Shown: one piece after another, positions 8,146 to 16,400 of the stretch
Layout of the letters: the number at the start of each line of letters is the position of its first letter
Position numbering within the stretch: position 1 is the stretch's first letter
Assembly: GCA_046497275.1 (NCBI GenBank)
Contig: JAWOFX010000167.1
Coordinates: 16,825 to 48,824, forward strand
Reading direction: 5' to 3'
DNA: 32,000 bases
From: Promethearchaeia archaeon
Lineage (GTDB): Archaea; Asgardarchaeota; Lokiarchaeia; Sigyniarchaeales; SOKP01
The notes under the pieces: model-generated
What the model was told of the DNA's origin: nothing
What the model saw: the letters and a program-made list of their open reading frames with translations, nothing else
Database searches by the model: none
Position numbers and translations under genes: made by a program

Positions 8146-10044
8146 ATGGAAAATTTAGAGAAGTTAGATTCAAATTGGAGAAAAAAGTGGAGCGATAAAG
8201 AAATCGACATTGAACATGCTATTAAAAAGATCATACCAGGTAATAGAGTATTTATTGATTCTGGATGTTCCGAACCACAAGCCCTCACTAAAGAATTAAT
8301 TAGACAATCAGAACGTTTAGTTGATACGGAAATAATTCATTTTCTTACCATCGGCCCGAATAAATACTTTCAAACAGATAAACGAGAGGATGTTTTTAGA
8401 CATAATGCCCTTTTTATTGGTGATACCTTGCGAGAGGAGGTAAATAGTGGACAAGCAGATTACACCCCGATTAATGTGAGTGAAATACCGAAATTGTTTC
8501 TATCCGGAAGAAAATATATTGATGTCGCGTTAATTCAAGTTTCTCTTCCAGATCAATATGGTTTTTGTTCATTCGGGATAAATGTTGATATTGCAAAACC
8601 AATTGCTCAGTCAGCCTATTTGACGATAGCAGAAATAAATCCCCAAATGCCAAGGACATTGGGGAATAGTTTCATTCATTTAAAAGAAATAGATTATTTT
8701 ATTTATCACGATCATCCTCTCTTAAAATTCCATTTTGATGAACCCACTAAAGTTGTAAAAAAAATAGGGAAAAATCTTTCAAATTTAGTACAAGATAAAT
8801 CAACGATACATATAGGCTTTGGAGATTTACCTCATAATATTCTGAAATACTTATCAAAGAAGAAAGATTTAGGAATGCACTCTCATTATGTAACAGATGC
8901 AATAATTCCGCTGATTGAGAATGGAGTTTTAACTTGCAGGAAGAAAAATTTTCATCCTGAAAAGATCGTTACGAGTTTTGCACTCGGTTCAAGAAAATTA
9001 TATGATTTTGTCGATAATAATCCTTATATCGAATTTTATCCTTCGGATTATGTATGTAATCCGAAATATATTAGTAAAAATAAAAATATGATATCTATTA
9101 ATTCAGCTCGTCAAATAGATTTAACGGGACAAGTCAATGCATCTACAGAAGGATATTCCTTTTATTCTGGATTTGGAGAGACCGTTGATTTTATTAGGGG
9201 AGCAGCTTTTTCAGAGGGTGGAAAACCAATCATTATTATGCCTTCCACTACAAGAGATGAAAAGCAATCAAGAATAGTTTCTCATTTGGATGAAGGAGCA
9301 GGAATCTTACTATCAAGGGGTGATGTTCATTATGTCGTAACTGAATGGGGTGTTGCATATTTACACGGAAAATCTATTAGAGAAAGAGTAATTGAGTTGA
9401 TTAGTATTGCGCATCCCAAATTTAGGGAACAATTATTGCATGAGGCAAAATATTTAAATTATATTTATTCTGATCAAATGCTTCCGGTGGATGAGAATGG
9501 TTTTATAGTAAGATATCCAAAAGAATATGAAACTATCTTTAAAACTAAGAACGGAGAGGAAATTTCTATAAGACCATTAAAGACTACTGATGAAGAGATG
9601 CTTAAAGAATTATATTATTCTCTAAATGAAAGAGATCGATACTTAAGGTTTTTCGAAGTTAGAAATGAATTTGCTCATACCAAAACCCAAAATGAAGTCA
9701 ATATTGATTATAATGATATTTTCTCAATAGGGGCATTTATTGGCGAGATTGGGAATGAGAAAATGATTGGAAATGCTACATATTATTATAATCCTAATAA
9801 AAACTCAGCAGAGTTTAGTTTTGTGGTACATAAAGATTGGAGGGGTGTGGGATTAGGCTCATATCTTTATAATTATATGATAATAATCGCGAAGGAGAAA
9901 GGAATCCAATCCTTCTACGGAAATATTCATATCGAAAATAAGGGGACTGTACATGTTATAAAAAAGGCAGGGAAAGTGAGGATAACGCCCCCAGAACTTG
10001 GAGGAAAAGAACTTTTTTATGAAGTTGATTTTGAGGAAGAATAA
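8146..10044 (+). CDS. Acetyl-CoA hydrolase/CoA-transferase-fold domain fused to a C-terminal Pat-type GNAT acetyltransferase
   Basis: The N-terminal ~440 aa follow the family I (Cat2/AbfT-like) CoA-transferase pattern (SINSARQIDLTGQV, VDFIRGA, DVHYVVTEWG, IAHPKFRE). The C-terminal part has RYLRFF and AEFSFVVHKDWRGVGLG GNAT motifs. Confidence 0.9.
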   Translation: MENLEKLDSNWRKKWSDKEIDIEHAIKKIIPGNRVFIDSGCSEPQALTKELIRQSERLVDTEIIHFLTIGPNKYFQTDKREDVFRHNALFIGDTLREEVNSGQADYTPINVSEIPKLFLSGRKYIDVALIQVSLPDQYGFCSFGINVDIAKPIAQSAYLTIAEINPQMPRTLGNSFIHLKEIDYFIYHDHPLLKFHFDEPTKVVKKIGKNLSNLVQDKSTIHIGFGDLPHNILKYLSKKKDLGMHSHYVTDAIIPLIENGVLTCRKKNFHPEKIVTSFALGSRKLYDFVDNNPYIEFYPSDYVCNPKYISKNKNMISINSARQIDLTGQVNASTEGYSFYSGFGETVDFIRGAAFSEGGKPIIIMPSTTRDEKQSRIVSHLDEGAGILLSRGDVHYVVTEWGVAYLHGKSIRERVIELISIAHPKFREQLLHEAKYLNYIYSDQMLPVDENGFIVRYPKEYETIFKTKNGEEISIRPLKTTDEEMLKELYYSLNERDRYLRFFEVRNEFAHTKTQNEVNIDYNDIFSIGAFIGEIGNEKMIGNATYYYNPNKNSAEFSFVVHKDWRGVGLGSYLYNYMIIIAKEKGIQSFYGNIHIENKGTVHVIKKAGKVRITPPELGGKELFYEVDFEEE

Positions 10045-10232
10045 ATTTCTACTTATTTTTTATGTAAATATTTAATATTTTATATTTTACAAAAGAGAAT
10101 TTGATATAATTCCTATTTATATTAGTCATAAATTTAAAACAAAAACCTGACCAAATGTAATTTTAACAAGAATTTTTCAGTTCTCTTAAATTTTTTAAAA
10201 ATAATTTTTAAATATATTTTAAGATTGATTTC

Positions 10233-10934
10233 ATGGAAATTAAGGGGATAATTAAATCAATAGATAAATGGGATCAAAGTATCATCCTAAAAATTAATGG
10301 GAGAGGAGGGAAATTCATAACCACTTTATTGCGTCTTTTTTCATTTCTTGGCAGAGAGACAATATGGTTATTTTTACTGGCTTATTTTTCATTTGTATGG
10401 TTTGATCCTAAAATTTTCTCATACATTGGGGTTGGTTATACTTTAGGATTGATTATTATTGTTCCTATTAAACAAATTGTCCATAGAACGAGACCTTTTA
10501 ATGAATTGGAAAAAATTATATTATATGAACGGAAGTCGACTTCTGGCAGTTTTCCATCATGGCATTCTTATAATACCGCTTCGCAAGCGATTATAATGGG
10601 GTATCTCTTTTCTTCATCTTTACTTACGATTATATTTTTATTTATCGCTGGAGTGGTGGCCTATTCCAGAGTACATGTCGGATCTCATTATCCGAGTGAT
10701 GTTATAAATGGCTATATTATTGGAATAGTTGCTGGATTAAGTAGTATTTTTCTATTTGGGAAATATTTATTTAATTTCATCATATATCTGAATGAAATTA
10801 GCAACATTAATTTTGTATTTTATTCATTCAATCCCTTAATATTTAGCAATATTGGATATATAATGTTATGTATATTAATATTTGGAGGGATTTTTATTCT
10901 CTCGATTTACCGATATTTAAAGGGTATTTTGTAA
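10233..10934 (+). CDS. PAP2-family membrane phosphatase
   Basis: C1 KQIVHRTRP, C2 SFPSWH, C3 SRVHVGSHYPSD, plus multiple TM helices. Confidence 0.85.
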   Translation: MEIKGIIKSIDKWDQSIILKINGRGGKFITTLLRLFSFLGRETIWLFLLAYFSFVWFDPKIFSYIGVGYTLGLIIIVPIKQIVHRTRPFNELEKIILYERKSTSGSFPSWHSYNTASQAIIMGYLFSSSLLTIIFLFIAGVVAYSRVHVGSHYPSDVINGYIIGIVAGLSSIFLFGKYLFNFIIYLNEISNINFVFYSFNPLIFSNIGYIMLCILIFGGIFILSIYRYLKGIL

Positions 10935-10971
10935 GAAATAAATACTCTAAAAAGAAGTATGTGGATAGATA

Positions 10972-12210
10972 TCAGTGGTCTAGTTGCTTTTTCTTATTGA
11001 AGAGTTGTTTTAATTCATCCAAAACTTGACCGCGAACATTTTGTTCACTTGTTTCTCTAATTTGATCCGATGTTCTTATCTCGATTGGAACTCCTGATTG
11101 GGCGATATGAAATGCTCCACTCTCAACAGCATTTAATCGAGCGTCAATTTCATTTAATTGTTCTGAAATGCTTTCTGAAAGTTTAATAACAGCATTCATC
11201 ACTTCCTCTAAAGTATTACCTAAACCTTCTACTTTTTTCAATGTGGGATCTGTTAGATTATTAGTACTGATAATATCCTTTAAATATTTAGAGAATTCCG
11301 GTTTGGAAAATTTGGAATAGATTGAACTTAGGTAAGTTTCATAATTAAAATAATATTCCTTGTTTTTGAAAAGATCTTCCATTTTTTCTTTTATGAGTTC
11401 GATATTCAATTTTATTTTTGGATCATCCTTAATATCTGGATCAAACTTGTGAATTAAGATTAAGATATATGGAATCTCTTCTAATATCACTAAAATATCA
11501 AGGATTTGCCTAAAATAATCAAAAGATTCATCAAACCTTTCTGGATCTTGAACATCGATGACATAGATAAGCAAATCTATTTGTAGAAAATATTTTTCAG
11601 GTTCCTTTAGGTATTTATCCCTATATGATTTTTGACCCCCGAAATCCCAAATAAATAAATCTAAATTTTGTTTCTCAAAAGTTTGTCGATTCACTCCTTT
11701 AGTTGGTTCTAAATTAGAGAGTTCTTGTATACCCTTTTCCATCCCAACTTTTGAAACGATAGCAGTTTTACCAGCATTATCTAAACCAACAACGATAACT
11801 TTTTGAGCATTTTTATCTAATATTTGTGTTTCTCCATTAATTTGTTTTATTAGATTACTAAGTGTTATAGCTTTTTTTATATTAATCTCTAAATCGGAAT
11901 ATTTTTTTTTATAGATTTCTAATTTTATTTCTACATCTTGAGAGAACTCAGAATCTTTCTTAGACTTGCTTTGTTCTTTAATAAATTTGTTTAATGGTGC
12001 ATCTTTATCTAGTTGAGCTAATTCTTCGATATTTGAAGTTTTTAAAATCTCACTGATTACTCGTGCTTGGTTCTTACCTAAAAATTTATAAGCTGAAATA
12101 GGGAGCTTAAGAAGATCTTCAAGATTATTAAATTCTTTCTCTAAATATTCCTCATCTAAGAATCTTCTAAAAACTTCTATTACATCGGAACTTTTAGTAT
12201 CTGAAGTAAT
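10972..12210 (-). CDS. Arf/Rag-like small GTPase with N-terminal HhH-like extension and C-terminal coiled coil (~412 aa; start probably non-canonical)
   Basis: I translated upstream of the listed ATG 11742. The frame stays open to an in-frame TGA at 12217-12219 and includes the G1 motif GLDNAGKT. Downstream are G2 PT, G3 WDFGGQ, G4 HKFD and G5 SSI. ATT at 12210 lies 6 nt after GAGGAGTGA. Confidence 0.85.
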   Translation of the reverse strand: MTSDTKSSDVIEVFRRFLDEEYLEKEFNNLEDLLKLPISAYKFLGKNQARVISEILKTSNIEELAQLDKDAPLNKFIKEQSKSKKDSEFSQDVEIKLEIYKKKYSDLEINIKKAITLSNLIKQINGETQILDKNAQKVIVVGLDNAGKTAIVSKVGMEKGIQELSNLEPTKGVNRQTFEKQNLDLFIWDFGGQKSYRDKYLKEPEKYFLQIDLLIYVIDVQDPERFDESFDYFRQILDILVILEEIPYILILIHKFDPDIKDDPKIKLNIELIKEKMEDLFKNKEYYFNYETYLSSIYSKFSKPEFSKYLKDIISTNNLTDPTLKKVEGLGNTLEEVMNAVIKLSESISEQLNEIDARLNAVESGAFHIAQSGVPIEIRTSDQIRETSEQNVRGQVLDELKQLFNKKKQLDH

Positions 12211-12216
12211 TTCGAT

Positions 12217-12225
12217 TCACTCCTC
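12217..12225 (-). promoter_or_regulatory. Shine-Dalgarno-like site (GAGGAGTGA) of the GTPase gene
   Basis: Close match to the archaeal consensus GGAGGTGA, at canonical spacing from ATT 12210. Confidence 0.6.
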
Positions 12226-12534
12226 TATGTTTTTATACTCTACTAATTTAAAATATTTCACATAAAAAAAATCTTTATAATAAATATAGAAATATGTGTA
12301 TTTAAAAGAAAGTTATGATCCAGTCTTCTTAAATATGAAAGAAAAGAAATTTTTTTATATAGGATATAGTATCAAAAACCAGATTCATCAATCCTTTTTT
12401 TTTTATGAATAGTTAAATATGTGAAAAAATTCGTCAAAAAAAAATAATTATAAATATTCTATTCGCATAATAAAATTTTAGAGGAATTTAATTCAAATAA
12501 TATTTTCTAATAAATTATATTTTATTTAGAATTT

Positions 12535-13452
12535 ATGCCATCCAATGTCCATAATGATGAATTTTTAGAATTAACCATAAAGAACCCTTGTTGCGACTCT
12601 CCAAAAGTATCACAAGAGGATGGATTTTATGTTTGTATGAATTGTGGACTTGTTTTTTCCCGGATTATAGATGATTCTCCTCGCCGCGCGTTTACTGCTG
12701 AAGAGATTGAAAAACGAAAAACTAATGAGCGTGTCTATAGTCCTATAGGTCCGCGTACAATAATAAGAGGCAGTCGAGATGCGAGAGGTACATTATTAAG
12801 TCCTAAATATAAATCCAAATTTAATAGATTAGCAAAAATACATCGATCACTTACAACAAGCTTTGAACGAAATCTATGGATTGCCCTTCCAAATTTGCAA
12901 AGACTACAAAAAAAATTATGTATCCCAGATCAAGTAGCTGATGATGCTTTACGGATATATACACAAACCGTTAAAAAAAAATTAACGATGGGGCGTTCAA
13001 TAGATACTCTATTATCTGCTTCTATTTTTTGTGCCTTACGTATTCATGGAATACCCAGAACCTTAGAAGAAATAACTAGTGCGGCTCAAATTACAAAGAA
13101 AAAAGTAATTAAAAGTTATAGGTTGATATTTATGGAAATTTTACCGAAGCTAAATCTTAAAGTCCAACACTTCACTTCGGATCGCTATGTGGATAAGTTT
13201 AATGATGAATTAAATCTCTCTATGAAATGTAGAAATATTGCTGTAAAGTTAATTAAGAATGCAAGAGAAAATGGTTTTAATTCCGCTGGAAAGGATCCTA
13301 AAGGAATCGCTGCTGCATCTATTTATATTGCTTCTAAAATGTGTAATGAAAATAAAACTCAGAAAGAAGTCTCGGATTTGGCAAACATAACAGAAGTAAC
13401 TTTAAGAATGCGTGTAAAAGATCTTCAATCTTTTAATAGTATTCAAAGTTAA
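12535..13452 (+). CDS. tfb: Transcription initiation factor IIB (TFB)
   Basis: N-terminal Zn ribbon (PCC...CMNCG), RRAF B-reader remnant, two cyclin repeats (GRSIDTLLSASIF; GKDPKGIAAASIY) and C-terminal HTH (TQKEVSDLANITEVTLRMR). Confidence 0.95.
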   Translation: MPSNVHNDEFLELTIKNPCCDSPKVSQEDGFYVCMNCGLVFSRIIDDSPRRAFTAEEIEKRKTNERVYSPIGPRTIIRGSRDARGTLLSPKYKSKFNRLAKIHRSLTTSFERNLWIALPNLQRLQKKLCIPDQVADDALRIYTQTVKKKLTMGRSIDTLLSASIFCALRIHGIPRTLEEITSAAQITKKKVIKSYRLIFMEILPKLNLKVQHFTSDRYVDKFNDELNLSMKCRNIAVKLIKNARENGFNSAGKDPKGIAAASIYIASKMCNENKTQKEVSDLANITEVTLRMRVKDLQSFNSIQS

Positions 13453-13498
13453 TAAATGATATTTTCTTCAATGATATAATAAATTAGTAAATTGAGAA

Positions 13499-16400
13499 TT
13501 ATATAGGGATTAATTTTTCCTCCTCTTCAAAGAGTGGGAGATTCCGGAGCATTTGATTTATCATAGGCAAATATTTTTTTATTCTGTCTTTCCAGGAATC
13601 AAGAATGAAATCAAGTATCTCCAACTGAAAGAGTTCACTAACTATTTTTCTTATTTTTCCGAGGTTTTTTAAATATTCCTCTACATTAATTTCTATTTTA
13701 TTAAAATCTATACCTGCTTTTTTTGCGCTAATAGTATAAAGAAGTAGCATCAAAGAACTTATTTTATAATCTTTTACTTCTGAACGTTTTTTAGCTAACT
13801 CTAAATAATATTCTGAGGCTTTTTTATAATCATCATTGGATAAAGCTTTCAATATATCTTGATAATGCCTTTTCTTTAATGCTTTTCGTTTTTTAAATAT
13901 CTCTTGAAATTCCGATTTATTATCTTTTAGTTTTTGACTTAATATATCTATTTTTTGATCCATTTCTATTAATTTCTTAGATTTCTCTCCCCTTTCTTCT
14001 CTAGATAATATTTTTTCTTGAAACTCCCCCTTCTTTTCTTTCTTTAAATAAGATCTAATTAACTCTTGTTCAGGTTTAAACAAGATTAATTTTTCAGAAT
14101 ATATTTTTAGAATCATTGAAATAAGATCATCAAAATTAGCATTCCAAGCGTCTATTAGTTTTATAAATAATCTAACTTCTGGTAATTTTCCAATTTCTGG
14201 GACTTGCTTATAATACTGATCAAGATTATCTAAAGCGATCTTTTCTCTCTCATTAAATAAATTTATTAGAGAAGAAATGATTAAACAAATTCCAGCATGT
14301 TTGTTGAATCCTTTTTCGTTTAGTTCTGGAATTAATTTGAGATAAGATGAAGCAGCTTCTAAATAGTTCTGTTCTGATATATTCTTAAGTATTGATTCAT
14401 AATATCTATGCTTCATCAACTTTCGTTTAGCTATATCTTCTTTCTCATTTATTATTGCCTTAGATAAATTGCTAACCGTAGTTTTCAGTTCCTCTTTATC
14501 AATTGTAATTTTTTCTCTAACTTCTGCTTTAGATATCTTAACATAATCTATACCTAAAATATCATAAAGGATTTTTTTTTCCTCTTCGAATAAAGGTAAT
14601 TCTTCCATAAATGAGAAAGCTTGGTTTAATTTTTTCTCATCCTTGACTTTATAGAGGTCTATAATATACTCAATTAATAAAATTGGGAACGTATCCAAAA
14701 AAAGCTGATTTGATTTTGTTTTTTTCTTAGTGTATTTAATAAATTCATTCATGTTTTTTTGTTTCATTTTAATTAAACAAATTACAGCAAATGAGACTGC
14801 TGCAAGATAATATTTTCTCAATTCATTCAATTTATCTACTGTGTTTTCATAAATTTCTACAGCGTTCTGGTAATTTTCATTTTCTAAGAAATTCAACGCC
14901 TCTTTAAAATAGGCCCTTTTTAACCCTCTTCTCTGTCTAAATTCGATTTCTTTATCTAATCGTGCATCTTGAGATTTTTTTTCTATTATTGAAAGCCTTT
15001 CTTGTAATGATTTCTTTTTTAAAGTAGTTTCAATCTCTTTCGCTCTTGAGGCGATTTTTTCTTCCTCTGTTGCAGAGAGTTTGTTATATACTTGCTTTTT
15101 GTAAAACTTATCCTCAATTTTATCTAAATAACTCAATGCAGATGAGAGATCCTCCATTTCAATATATAGTTCCGATATAGCTTTATTTAGTTCGTCAAAA
15201 TCTGGCTCATAATCCTCTAAATAAGCATTTGCAATATTTTTTGCTTTTTTAATTAAATCAACAGCATAGATAATACTAGAACGATTTTTCCCTACTTCAA
15301 TAGCATTCAGAGCTTCGCTTTTAATTATATTAATAAATAATTTACTGAGTTCTTGTGATTTTTCATAAAGCATCTGGTCTCTATAAACAAGATTAGCTTT
15401 TTCTAAAAGATCCTCAACTTTCTCATATCCATAGAGGGTACTAATATCTTTGAAACTGTCAATTAGAGAAGAAAAAACAAATATTAAATAATCTTTTTGA
15501 ATTTCTTCTGTTTCAATTTTAAAATATAGATTAAATAATTCTTCTAATTGATTTGCTTCTAATAATATATTCATAGCTTCACAGAGAATTTGATCTGCTA
15601 ATCTTTTCTCCCCAATATTCGTTAAATATTCAGAATGTAATTCTAAATATTTTGCTGCTTTTATATGATTATTCTTCTTGGAGAATTGTTCAGCTTTTTC
15701 TAATTTAGTGTTGTTAATGTTTTCGATAATCATAATTTCTACTTGCCTAAATGATCTGATTGTCTCAACTCCTGTTCTTAAATCCATTTGAAGAGCTTTT
15801 CGCCTTAAAATCTTAATTCTATCTTCTATTTCTGAACTATATTCAGTTAATTTCTTTTTTAATTCTAAAGAATTTAGTTCATTTAAAAGATAAGTGGCCA
15901 TTCCGAAATCATGTTTATGTAAAAATTGTCTAATAATCTCCTCTAAACTCTCATCCAGATCAACTTTTTCAACATTAAATGCCTCCCATAAATTCTCAAT
16001 TTCATCATAAGTTCTTTTTGCGTCGTATGTCTCCTCATGTTGAATATTTTTTTGAAGAATTTTTATTAAAATATCTGCAAGTTTGTGGGTGAACCGTTCC
16101 ATTGCTTCAAATAAACCTTCTCTTTGATATGTATGGATGCTTATATACAATTGCTCCCTGGCGGCTTCTAAGTTGCCGATTGAAACTAAATAATCTGCTG
16201 CTGATAATACCTTTTCTATTAAATCCTCTAAAGTTTGTTTAATTTGTTCGTGAGGGAGCCTCTCTAAAATAGTAAATGCATTCTCTACTCTACATGCAGA
16301 GATCCAAGAATTAATGGCTAATCTAAATGATTTTATTATCAAGTCTTTATCTTTTAGTTCTATTAATGACCATTGAGCAGCATTCTCATATTGTCGTGCG

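Noticed and set aside
10972-11742. 256-aa ORF as the complete GTPase gene
   Set aside because: It lacks the P-loop, which is encoded in frame just upstream.
12217-12261. UGA read-through (selenocysteine) from an upstream in-frame GTG at 12261 into the GTPase
   Set aside because: The 14 upstream codons look like AT-rich promoter DNA, the TGA is part of the SD motif, there is no redox context, and I could not identify a SECIS-like hairpin.
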